Notes: generated by a model not told the origin, from the letters alone. Shown: positions 1-8,298, counted from the first letter of the stretch. The stretch: 64,000 nucleotides of DNA from SAR202 cluster bacterium (GCA_016872385.1 VGZV01000006.1:768-64767), one strand, 5' to 3'. A program made the numbers and translations.

Positions 1-1
1 G

Positions 2-388
2 GTGCTGTACGTGGCCATCAGCCGCCTGGATGAGCGGTGCATTCAGGAGGAGGAACGGAAGCAAGTGTGCGCCCACCGGAAAATCCGCGCCTTTGACGTG
101 GCACGGAACGGCACGCTGAGCAACAACCGGGTGCTGGTGGACCTGTCATCGGCAGAGCCGGGCGTGCCCGACGGCATGAAGGTGGACAGCAAGGGCCGCA
201 TCTTCTCCACCGGCTCCGGCGGCATCCAGATAATCTCGTCCCAAGGCGAGCGCCTGGCCACCATCCGGGTGCCGGAGGTGCCCCGAAACCTGGCCTTTGG
301 CGGCGCGGACTTCAAGACCCTGTTCATTACTGCAGGCAAGTCTCTTTACAGCATCAAAGTGAAGGAGCCGGGCATTGCGCCGTATTAG
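2..388 (+). CDS. SMP-30/gluconolactonase/LRE-family beta-propeller protein, C-terminal fragment (5' end outside window)
   Basis: ORF is open from the window edge. The C-terminal PRNLAFGGADFKTLFITAGKSLY is the typical last blade of this family. Confidence 0.7.
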   Translation: MLYVAISRLDERCIQEEERKQVCAHRKIRAFDVARNGTLSNNRVLVDLSSAEPGVPDGMKVDSKGRIFSTGSGGIQIISSQGERLATIRVPEVPRNLAFGGADFKTLFITAGKSLYSIKVKEPGIAPY

Positions 389-409
389 GCCCTGGTAATT
401 AAAGGCGGC

Positions 410-542
410 AGTATGTCAGTTTACCCCAGGCTCGACTCGTCGCACCCCGACAAGTCGGGATGCCCAGATACTTACATGGATTATGTGTTCTCCTGGATTC
501 CGGCTTCCGCCGGAATGACGAACGGCTAATTGATACACTACC
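410..542 (+). mobile_element. MITE-like non-autonomous element, family F, copy 1 (133 bp)
   Basis: Flanked by identical 11-bp TTAAAGGCGGC at 399-409 and 543-553. Imperfect terminal inverted repeats (AGTATGTCAGTTTA / TAATTGATACACTACC). Internal hairpins CCCGACAAGTCGGG and ATTCCGGCTTCCGCCGGAAT. Two further copies in the window. Confidence 0.75.
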
Positions 543-557
543 TTAAAGGCGGCCAAG

Positions 558-586
558 TTGACGGCCACCCTTGGAGTGGGCATAAT
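558..586 (+). promoter_or_regulatory. Sigma-70-like promoter candidate (TTGACG-17 nt-CATAAT) for the NHL-repeat gene
   Basis: Hexamers read directly at 558-563 and 581-586 with a 17-nt spacer, 33 nt upstream of the start at 619. Confidence 0.45.
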
Positions 587-618
587 CCCATCAACTCAGC
601 GCAAGGGAGGGAACAGAA

Positions 619-1539
619 GTGGCTACCAAGCAGCGCACAATAGTGGGCAGCGGGAAATTCACTTACGAGATGCACGAGGATTGGGCCAAGGTGCCCGCGG
701 GCTGGAAAATGCCCGCCGCCGCCGTGTATGGCGATAATGAGGACCGGGTTTACTGCTTTAACCGCGACCCGGACCATCCCATCTGCATCTTTGACCGGCA
801 AGGCAACTACATCTCCTCCTGGGGCAAGGGGACTTTCAAGTTTCCCCACGCCATCATCCTGGACAAGGAGCAGCACGTCTGGCTGGTGGAGCGCAACAAC
901 TGCCAGATTATGAAGTTCACCAAGGGCGGCCGGCGGCTGATGACCATCGGCGAGAAGGGCTATCGCTCCAACACCGGCGCGGATAACACCGATTTCGGCT
1001 CCAACGGCTGGAAGCTGGTCACCCGCGGCGCGGAACCTTTCAACCTGCCCGCGGGCATTGCGGTGAACGAAGCCGGAGAGGTCTTCATCGCCGACGGCTA
1101 CGCCAACGCCCGGGTGCACAAGTTTTCGTCCGATGGCCGCTTGCTCATGTCCTGGGGCGGGCCCGGCAAGGCCAACGGCCAGTTCAACCTGCCCCACGGC
1201 TGCTGGCTTGACCGCCGCGGGAGGCTGCTTATCTGCGACCGAGAGAACGACAGGGTGCAGGTGTTCAGCCAGGACGGCAAGCACCTGACCACCTGGCCCA
1301 CCAAGTTCATCGGCCCCGCCGTAATGTACGTGGACGGTGAGGACACCGTATATGTGGCTGAGCACAACGGCGGCCTCATCAGCATTTGCAACCTGGACGG
1401 CCAGCGGCTGGCCCAGTGGGGCGGCATGGAGCGGCGCTCTTGCCACGGGATTTGGGTGGACTCTCACAAGGACCTGTACGTGGTGCAGCCCTACACCGGC
1501 GGCGAGGGGCGCACCGTGGTCAAGTTTGTCCGCAGGTAG
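619..1539 (+). CDS. NHL-repeat beta-propeller protein
   Basis: 306-aa ORF with GTG start. Repeated NHL-type units (FNLPAGIAVNEAGEVFIADGYANARVHKF, FNLPHGCWLDRRGRLLICDRENDRVQVF). Confidence 0.7.
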   Translation: MATKQRTIVGSGKFTYEMHEDWAKVPAGWKMPAAAVYGDNEDRVYCFNRDPDHPICIFDRQGNYISSWGKGTFKFPHAIILDKEQHVWLVERNNCQIMKFTKGGRRLMTIGEKGYRSNTGADNTDFGSNGWKLVTRGAEPFNLPAGIAVNEAGEVFIADGYANARVHKFSSDGRLLMSWGGPGKANGQFNLPHGCWLDRRGRLLICDRENDRVQVFSQDGKHLTTWPTKFIGPAVMYVDGEDTVYVAEHNGGLISICNLDGQRLAQWGGMERRSCHGIWVDSHKDLYVVQPYTGGEGRTVVKFVRR

Positions 1540-1598
1540 GCGTTGCAGGCGGAAGGCGGTTTTGTTATAGTGTCTGGGTGCCTTCGGGCATCCAGGGC

Positions 1599-1674
1599 GG
1601 GGCTGTAGCTCATCTGGGAGAGCGCTTCAATGGCATTGAAGAGGTAGGGGGTTCGAGTCCCCCCAGCTCCACCA
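1599..1674 (+). tRNA. tRNA-Ala (anticodon GGC)
   Basis: Hand-folded cloverleaf. Acceptor GGGGCTG/CAGCTCC with the G3:U70 alanine identity pair, D arm GCTC..GAGC, anticodon stem CTTCA/TGAAG with loop ATGGCAT, T arm GGGGG-TTCGAGT-CCCCC, encoded CCA. Confidence 0.9.
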
Positions 1675-1689
1675 AAAGACTTTGGGCCT

Positions 1690-1765
1690 CCCTAAGTAGC
1701 TCAGTTGGGAGAGCGCCCCGATGGTATCGGGGAGGTAGGGGGTTCGAGTCCCCCCAGCTCCACCA
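1690..1765 (+). tRNA. tRNA-Thr (anticodon GGT)-like gene with non-pairing acceptor stem (possible pseudo-tRNA or assembly artefact)
   Basis: D arm, anticodon arm (CCCCG-ATGGTAT-CGGGG) and T arm fold normally. The 5' acceptor CCCTAAG pairs with the 3' CAGCTCC at only 1 of 7 positions. The last 35 nt are identical to the tRNA-Ala 3' end. Confidence 0.5.
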
Positions 1766-1839
1766 ACCACAAGACAGCAAAATTGCGGGGGGAGCGGACT
1801 TAATCCGCTCCCCCCTATTTTTCCCTTAATCCACGCCCC

Positions 1840-3663
1840 CTAGCGGGGCACGTGGTAGGGCACATTCACCAGGATTATCCGGTCTTGCCGCCCCAGGGCG
1901 GAACGCACCAGCATGGCCGTGTGGTTGTGTAAGAGCTGCTGCCACCAGCGGCGGGGCACAAACTCTGGAATTACTACCGTAATATGCTCGCTGGGGTTCT
2001 CGCTGGCCACCTTCTTGATGTAGTCCACCAGCGGGCGCACCACCTCCCGGTACGGTGAAGGCAAGATAGTCAGCGGGATATTGGTTTCCAGACGGTCCCA
2101 ACGCCGTTCCACCACGTGGGCCGTCTCCGTGTCCACCGCCACATGCACCGCTTGCACGTCCCGGCCAATGAGACGGGCATACTCAATGGCCGGCAGTACT
2201 GCCCGATGCACTCCGCCGACTGGAATGATAACCACCCTGCGACGAGTGGGCACCGCGGGCACATGATTTTCCAGTGACAGGGACTCAGCCAGAGCACGGT
2301 AATGGCCATGTATCACAGCCAGCCCCGATAGCAAGATGGGTATGGCCACCACCACCAACCACGCTCCCGTGGTGAACTTGGTGACAGTCAGGACAATCAG
2401 GACGGTTCCAGTGACCAGCGCCCCTACTCCCGTCACCAGGGAACTGTGCCACCAACCATGCCCTCGCTTTTGCCGCCAGTACCGGGTCATCCCAGCCATA
2501 GTCAGGCTAAAACCGATGAACACTCCGATGGCGTACAACGGCAAGAGTTGGTGCACATCGCCCTGGAAGAGGAAAATCAACAGGATGGCAAATCCCGCCA
2601 GGAGTAATATTCCGTTGGAAAACACCAGGCGGTCCCCCAGGTTGGACAAGGGCCGCGGCAAGAAACCGTCATGGGCCAGCCGCGCCGCCAGCGGAGGAAA
2701 GGCCGAAAAGCTGGTATTGGCTGCCACCACCAGGATAAACAAAGTGCTTAACTGGGTAACATAGTAGAACACACTGCTGCCAAAACTTAAGCGAGCCACC
2801 TGAGAGACCAGGGTCTCCCCCTCCACGGGCCGCAACTCGTACACATAAGCCACCGCGCTCAGACCAACAAACATGACGCCCAATACCACTCCCATCACCA
2901 GCAAGGTGATGCGGGCGTTCCGCACTTCCGGAGGACGGAAGATGTTCAAGGTGTTGGAGACAGCTTCAACACCTGTAATGGCCACACACCCGGAAGAAAA
3001 GGCACGCAGCAACAGAAAGGCGCTCAGGGTTGGCGCTCCCACCATTATGGAGGCGGGCAGCGGCTGGGGAGCCAGGCCCTGGAATATGTGACGGTACGCG
3101 GCTACTGCCAGCATGAGCAGGAAGCTGCCCACGAACAGATACACGGGTAGTGCCAGGAACTGGGCGGACTGCCGCACACCCCGCAGATTCAGCACTGTCA
3201 GTACCACCACCAGCAGCACCGCCAGAGGCACCCGAAAATGAATGAAGCTGGGGAACGCGGAAACTACCGCCGCAGACCCTGCGGTGACCGATACCGCTAC
3301 CGTTAACGCATAGTCCAACAGCAAGCTGGCTCCCGCCACGACACCGGGACCTATTCCCAGGTTTTCCTTGGCTACCACGTAAGCCCCGCCGCCACTGGGA
3401 TAGGTACGGATGACATAGTCGTAGCTGAGCATCACCAGCACCAGCAGGATGGCAATGGCTGCTGTGATGAACGGTATGTCCACGTGCCAGGTCTTGCCGC
3501 CCACGTTCAGGCCCAGCAAAATTTCTTCCGATGCGTAGGCGGATGATGAAATGGCGTTGGCCGCCACAATGACAAAGGCCAGCGGCACCCCCAAACGGGC
3601 GCTTCTGGCTTGCCAAGAGGCGAGAGGATTGCCAATGATTATGGAGCGAATGGAGTTAAACAT
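1840..3663 (-). CDS. APC-superfamily permease with C-terminal cytoplasmic domain (amino acid or KimA-like cation transporter)
   Basis: 607-aa ORF, about 12 hydrophobic segments, GGGAYVVAKENLG motif typical of this APC subgroup, ~150-aa soluble C-terminus. Confidence 0.75.
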   Translation of the reverse strand: MFNSIRSIIIGNPLASWQARSARLGVPLAFVIVAANAISSSAYASEEILLGLNVGGKTWHVDIPFITAAIAILLVLVMLSYDYVIRTYPSGGGAYVVAKENLGIGPGVVAGASLLLDYALTVAVSVTAGSAAVVSAFPSFIHFRVPLAVLLVVVLTVLNLRGVRQSAQFLALPVYLFVGSFLLMLAVAAYRHIFQGLAPQPLPASIMVGAPTLSAFLLLRAFSSGCVAITGVEAVSNTLNIFRPPEVRNARITLLVMGVVLGVMFVGLSAVAYVYELRPVEGETLVSQVARLSFGSSVFYYVTQLSTLFILVVAANTSFSAFPPLAARLAHDGFLPRPLSNLGDRLVFSNGILLLAGFAILLIFLFQGDVHQLLPLYAIGVFIGFSLTMAGMTRYWRQKRGHGWWHSSLVTGVGALVTGTVLIVLTVTKFTTGAWLVVVAIPILLSGLAVIHGHYRALAESLSLENHVPAVPTRRRVVIIPVGGVHRAVLPAIEYARLIGRDVQAVHVAVDTETAHVVERRWDRLETNIPLTILPSPYREVVRPLVDYIKKVASENPSEHITVVIPEFVPRRWWQQLLHNHTAMLVRSALGRQDRIILVNVPYHVPR

Positions 3664-3789
3664 GAGTTGACCAGGGAGCAGGACAGGAAAAATCTAGAAC
3701 TCAATCCGGCACTGCAAAACCCCCTTGGCGGTCCTCTTAGGCCAAGGGGGTCTGAAACATTTCACAGGCCAAGTTGGCAGAATAGACCA

Positions 3790-4872
3790 TTATTTCAGGT
3801 TAGGCGCCACCTCTTTGGCAAAGAGCCGGATTGAGTTCATGACACGGTTAACCGTGATTTGTCCGCCAACGTTTGGCTCAATCATTACGCCAGTCAGCCC
3901 CAGGTCGTCGCGCAATTGGGTAAGACGCTCCACCACCATGTCCGGAGTGCCGTAGGCCAGGCGGTCCCGCAGCAACTCTTCATATGTCACTTCAGCCAGG
4001 CGTTCAGCCCGCTCAGCCCGCTCTTCCGAGGCTGTGGTCCCGGCGCTGCTGGCCGACTTGGCAAAGTTTTCTGCCAGACGTCGGTAGGAGCGCATGGTGG
4101 TGGCTTCCGGCTCAGAAAGGGCTTTTTCCTTAGTCTCCGCCACGTAGGCAGGGATGCGCACGTACACGTCGCCATCACCAGGGTGGCCGGCCTCGCGCCA
4201 GGCCTGGCGGTAGCTCTTTATTGTCTGGTCAATCTCAGGCAGGCTGAAACCCCGCAGTCCGGTGACCATGGGCATACCCATGGCGCCAACCTGGGGGAAG
4301 GTCTCTTTGGTAGTAGCCGCCACCCGGATGGGCGGATGGGGCTTCTGGTAGGGCTTGGGCACCACGCTGAGTTCTTTGAAAGTGAAGTACTTGCCCTGAT
4401 GGGAGAAGCGCTCTTGCGTCCAGGCCTTCAGGATCACCTGCAGAGACTCCTGGAAGCGCTCGCGGCTTTCGCCGTAAGGAATGCCATAGCCTTCGTAGGA
4501 GCGGGGGAACCCGCTACGGCCCACACCGAAGTCCAGCCTGCCGTGGCTGACCTGGTCCACGGTGGCCGCTTCCTCGGCCAGACGCACCGGATGGCACAGG
4601 GGCAGCACGCTGACGCCGGTGCCGATGCGGATGCGCTCGGTGCGGGCGGCAATGGCGCCGGCCATTACCAGCGGCACCGACACCACTGAGGGTATGCCTG
4701 CGCCCATGGGGTCGGTGGGGCGACGCGGCCCGGCAAAGTGCCGCTCCGCCAGCCACAAGCCATCCAGCCCCAGCTCTTCAGCCATGTCCACTATTTGAAA
4801 GGCTTCAGTAAAGGCTTCTTCCTGAGTGACCCCAGACCGGTAATCGCACTCCATTACTAGGCCGACGTGCAC
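3790..4872 (-). CDS. LLM-class (luciferase-like) flavin/F420-dependent oxidoreductase
   Basis: 360-aa ORF. The N-terminus GLVMECDY...FQIVDMAEELGLDGLWLAERHF is typical of the luciferase-like monooxygenase family. Confidence 0.8.
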   Translation of the reverse strand: MHVGLVMECDYRSGVTQEEAFTEAFQIVDMAEELGLDGLWLAERHFAGPRRPTDPMGAGIPSVVSVPLVMAGAIAARTERIRIGTGVSVLPLCHPVRLAEEAATVDQVSHGRLDFGVGRSGFPRSYEGYGIPYGESRERFQESLQVILKAWTQERFSHQGKYFTFKELSVVPKPYQKPHPPIRVAATTKETFPQVGAMGMPMVTGLRGFSLPEIDQTIKSYRQAWREAGHPGDGDVYVRIPAYVAETKEKALSEPEATTMRSYRRLAENFAKSASSAGTTASEERAERAERLAEVTYEELLRDRLAYGTPDMVVERLTQLRDDLGLTGVMIEPNVGGQITVNRVMNSIRLFAKEVAPNLK

Positions 4873-4973
4873 GTTCTACCTCCTGGTCCTTGCTTCCAGA
4901 AGCAAGGCCGCAACTCACAGTCTGAATAATACCACTCTTATTAGTGTACCAGACAACGCCAGAGCTTCGGTCG

Positions 4974-5180
4974 CTAGCCGCTTTGCTTTAGATAGGTCTG
5001 GGGGCTGGCCAGAAATTTGGTGCGGCATTCCAGCCCGCAAAAATAGACCCACTGGCCGTTGTGAAAGCTGCGGGTGCCCTTTTGCGGGTCGACTTCCACC
5101 GCGCCGAACCTGGTGGTGCCGGTAGTGCTGCGGGCCGCCGCCACGTCTATCTCTTTGCCACAGACCGGGTCTTTGGGCAT
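4974..5180 (-). CDS. YHS-domain protein
   Basis: 68-aa ORF with DPVCGKEI...YFCGLECRTKF, the YHS/TRASH-type Cys pattern. Confidence 0.7.
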   Translation of the reverse strand: MPKDPVCGKEIDVAAARSTTGTTRFGAVEVDPQKGTRSFHNGQWVYFCGLECRTKFLASPQTYLKQSG

Positions 5181-5294
5181 TTCAACAACTCCGAATGCTA
5201 CGACTTCTCCATCCCAGATAGCAGAGGATAGGGTGAGTGCAGGTTACCCCCTCACCTAAATCCTCTCCCACAAGGGGGGGGCCTTGTTCCAAAT

Positions 5295-5384
5295 GTCACC
5301 CTGAGTCCCGATGCAATCGGGACGAAGAATCTAAATTTCCGGAATTTTAGACCCTTCGTCCTTCAGCCGAAGGACTCAGGGTGA
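5295..5384. repeat. Palindromic repeat family D, nested inside an outer inverted repeat
   Basis: Terminal inverted repeats GTCACCCTGAGTCC (5295-5308) and GGACTCAGGGTGAC (5371-5384). Inner hairpins GTCCCGATGCAATCGGGAC and GTCCTTCAGCCGAAGGAC. Outer inverted pair GGCCTTGTTCCAAA (5280-5293) and TTTGGAACAAGGCC (5429-5442). Confidence 0.7.
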
Positions 5385-5494
5385 CGAGAGTTGGATGAAA
5401 ATCGTATTCTCCCAGCGAAATCATTACTTTTGGAACAAGGCCCACAAGGGGGAGCATGATTCTCTGTTAGCGGTAGTTTATCCTGGCCGCTGTT

Positions 5495-6769
5495 TCACCC
5501 CGAAGGGGCAAGGTCGTACATGGACTCGCCCAGCCGCACCCTGCCCGGTTGGTCCAGCAGGGCGCGGGCAATCCTGGCCCGGTGCTCAAAGCTGGTGCCC
5601 ATGCGCATAGTCCAGGAGGACACCCGCCGGAACCACAGGTTCAGGTTAAACTCAGCCATGAACCCTATGCCGCCGTGGATTACCTGGGAGGAGCGCACCA
5701 CTGCCTCGCACTTGTCGTTGGCGAAGGCCTTGGCCTGGGATATCTCGATACTGGCGGGCAGCCCCTGGTCCATACGCCACAGGGCTTCGTAGGTCAGCAG
5801 CTGGACACCGTCTACCCAAACAATCATGTCGGCGCACAGGTGCTGGATGGACTGGAAGGCCCCAATGGGCCGCCCAAAGGCCACCCGGTTCTTGGCGTAG
5901 TCAATGCCCATCTCCGCATCCTTGCGGGTGGCGCCCAGCATCTGGGCGCACAGGAGGATGGTGCCCCGGTCCAGCATTCCTTCAATCACCGGCCAGCCCT
6001 GGTGCAGCCTTCCTACCAGGCTGGAGGCGGGGACAGCTACACGGTCAAAAGTCACCCGGCTCTGCTTGTCTTTGACCATGGTGCCCAGGGGCGTGTGGGA
6101 AATGCCAGGCAGGTTAGTATCCACCAAGAAAAGGGATAGGCCAGCTTCACTCCCCTGGGCTGAAATCCCCCCAACCCCCCTTTGCAAAGGGGGGCTAGAC
6201 AGTCCCCCCCTTTCGTAAAGGGGGGTCACGGGGGATTTGTCTCCACTGACAGGCGCAGTGCGGCAAGCCACCAGGAATTTCTGGGCGGCGTTGAAGTTGT
6301 CCACAAACATTTTAGTGCCGGAAATGACGTAGCCGTTGCCCTGGGGCGTGGCCTGGGCGTGCACCGTTTCAGGCAGCAAGCGCGGGTCAGTTTCCAGCAG
6401 TGCCCAGGTAAGGACCATGTCTCCCCTGGCCACCGCGGGCAGCACCTCTTTCTTCTGCTGCTCGCTGCCGTCTTTGGCAATGGTCAGAGCCGCCATCATG
6501 GTGCTGTGGAAGGGCACGGGGGCAATGGCCCGGCCCAGCTCTTCAAAAATCAGGCCCAGGTAGGCCAGAGGCAGGCCCTGGCCGCCATAGGCTTCCGGCA
6601 AGGCCAGGCCCAGCCAGCCCAAATCAGCCAGCTTCTTCCACAGCGCCGGGGGATAACCCAGGTCGTCGGCCTCCATAGCCCGGGCCATTTCCGGGGGGCA
6701 TTCCTTTTCCAGGAACTCCCGGGCCAGGTTTTTGAGCATTTGCTCTTCTTCGTTAAGCAGTACGTCCAT
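5495..6769 (-). CDS. Acyl-CoA dehydrogenase carrying an in-frame repeat-derived loop insertion
   Basis: ACAD-like throughout. Preferred start is the ATG at 6769 (MDVLLNEEEQ); the longer ORF to 6835 runs into a GC-hairpin repeat. About 30 extra residues lie between CRT and GLSLFLV compared with the neighbouring ACAD. Confidence 0.85.
   Translation of the reverse strand: MDVLLNEEEQMLKNLAREFLEKECPPEMARAMEADDLGYPPALWKKLADLGWLGLALPEAYGGQGLPLAYLGLIFEELGRAIAPVPFHSTMMAALTIAKDGSEQQKKEVLPAVARGDMVLTWALLETDPRLLPETVHAQATPQGNGYVISGTKMFVDNFNAAQKFLVACRTAPVSGDKSPVTPLYERGGLSSPPLQRGVGGISAQGSEAGLSLFLVDTNLPGISHTPLGTMVKDKQSRVTFDRVAVPASSLVGRLHQGWPVIEGMLDRGTILLCAQMLGATRKDAEMGIDYAKNRVAFGRPIGAFQSIQHLCADMIVWVDGVQLLTYEALWRMDQGLPASIEISQAKAFANDKCEAVVRSSQVIHGGIGFMAEFNLNLWFRRVSSWTMRMGTSFEHRARIARALLDQPGRVRLGESMYDLAPSG
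6163..6238. repeat. GC-hairpin repeat family B, embedded in frame in the ACAD coding sequence
   Basis: AAATCCCCC...GGGGGATTT terminal inverted repeat enclosing hairpins CCCCCCTTTGCAAAGGGGGG and CCCCCCCTTTCGTAAAGGGGGG. Translates as KSPVTPLYERGGLSSPPLQRGVGGI. Confidence 0.8.
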
Positions 6770-6874
6770 GACCGTCCAAGAACCCCCATCCTGACCTTCC
6801 CCCTTGGCAATGGGGAAGGAATAAGTCTCTCCCACTTAACCGGGGGATATTTAGAAGGGGCAGCTTGCGAGTTT

Positions 6875-8077
6875 CTAGCTCCTGGGCATGCCCAGGCCCC
6901 GGCGGGCTACCTGGTCCCGCATGACCTGTACGCTGCCGTGGTTGATGCCCGACTGGAAGGCTCCCAGAACGTTGTGGGCGAAGATGCCGTCTTCAATAGC
7001 TTCCGGCGAGCCGTTCATCAGTTGGGCATAAGGCCCCAACACCTGGGTGATGGTCTCGGTGGTGCGGACGCCATGCTCCGGGCTGAACACTTTTTCTGCG
7101 GAGCCTTCATAGGTGAACTTGCCGCCGTGCTCCACCAGCGACATGGAACGCAAGGTCATCAGGCGGCAGACCTGGGCCTCAATCCAGAGTTCCGCCAGCC
7201 TGTCCCGCACTGCCGGGTCCTGGGCCGGGGTGAACCCTTGAAAGTCGTTTTCTTTGACCCAGTTGATGATGTCCTCGTCACGGCTTACCGAGAGCAGGTA
7301 GCGGCTGGCCCCCACCCGGTCCAGGTTAAGGCCCATAGCCCCCACATACCACCCCATGTTCTCCTCGCCCAAAATGCAGGAGGCGGGGACGTGCACGTCT
7401 TCCAGGAACACCTCGTTGGTGCGGGCCTGTCCGTAAGTGGTGCCCAGAGGCGCAGTGGGGTTGCTCTGGATGGTCCACAGGGGGCGGACCGTGATGCCGG
7501 GAGTGTCCATGGGAATCAGGAAAATAGAGATTCCCTTGTGCTTGGGAGCTTCGGGATCAGTGCGGGCCATCAGATAAAGGTGGGTGGCGAAGTGGGCCGA
7601 GGAGGTGAACATCTTCTGGCCGTTGACCACGTACTCGTCGCCGTCCCGCACTGCCCGGCACTGGAGGCTGGCCAGGTCCGCGCCCGCCTGCGGCTCGGTG
7701 AAGCCCAGGCCAAACACAATCTCGCCCCGGATGATGCGGGGCAGGAAGTACTGCTTTTGCTCCTCGGTGCCCGCGGCCAGAATGGCCGGAGCGCCGCTGC
7801 CTGCGCCGCCCACGCCAATGCCTACGCGGGCGAACTCCTCTTCCACCAGGTACTGGTCAATGCGGCTGCCGCCCTGGCCGCCGTACTCCTTGGGCCAGCT
7901 GATGCCCACCCAGCCCCGGTCGGCGATTTTCTTCAGCAGCTCCCGGGTCCGAGGCCCGCGGCCTTCCTCCCACCCTTTGGCAGCTTCCGCCAGCACCTCA
8001 GGAGACACGTTCTCTGCAATGAACTGACGGACTTCTTGTTTGAGGGCTTCCTGCCGGGGCGTAAATCCAAAGTCCAT
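6875..8077 (-). CDS. Acyl-CoA dehydrogenase
   Basis: 400-aa ORF, ACAD-like over full length (GFTEPQAGADLASL, ARTDPEAPKHKGISIFLIP, C-terminal helical domain). Confidence 0.85.
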   Translation of the reverse strand: MDFGFTPRQEALKQEVRQFIAENVSPEVLAEAAKGWEEGRGPRTRELLKKIADRGWVGISWPKEYGGQGGSRIDQYLVEEEFARVGIGVGGAGSGAPAILAAGTEEQKQYFLPRIIRGEIVFGLGFTEPQAGADLASLQCRAVRDGDEYVVNGQKMFTSSAHFATHLYLMARTDPEAPKHKGISIFLIPMDTPGITVRPLWTIQSNPTAPLGTTYGQARTNEVFLEDVHVPASCILGEENMGWYVGAMGLNLDRVGASRYLLSVSRDEDIINWVKENDFQGFTPAQDPAVRDRLAELWIEAQVCRLMTLRSMSLVEHGGKFTYEGSAEKVFSPEHGVRTTETITQVLGPYAQLMNGSPEAIEDGIFAHNVLGAFQSGINHGSVQVMRDQVARRGLGMPRS

Positions 8078-8298
8078 GGGCGCACCTCAACCAGCGGCGG
8101 GCCTTTAACCTGGCCAGGCGAAGGCCGCAACTATTTCTAGTTTAAATGTCGCCACCATCTTGCCTTGCGCCAGTGGGAGTGTCAAGGGGAGAGAATGTCA
8201 CAACTAGGGAATCCCTCACCCCCTAATCCCCCTCTCCCGCCCATCGGGCGAGGGGGACTTTTAGGGACGGCCTTCCTCCGTTAGCTTACGCCTGCTAA

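Noticed and set aside
6182-8140. Very long ORFs antisense to, or overlapping, well-recognised genes. Examples: 6182-8140 (+, 652 aa), 538-1467 (-), 10782-12056 (-), 19503-20678 (-), 21549-22904 (-), 23466-24533 (-), 24708-25589 (-), 33034-34131 (-), 34674-35603 (+), 58665-59615 (-), 61291-62301 (-).
   Set aside because: Each lies opposite or out of frame with a gene that has clear family motifs (ACADs, NHL, nuo, eno, gap, SUOX, leuS, TPP enzyme, SBP). Their products are low-complexity (rich in G, A, R, P, H and Q), as expected from stop-codon depletion in high-GC DNA. No independent support.
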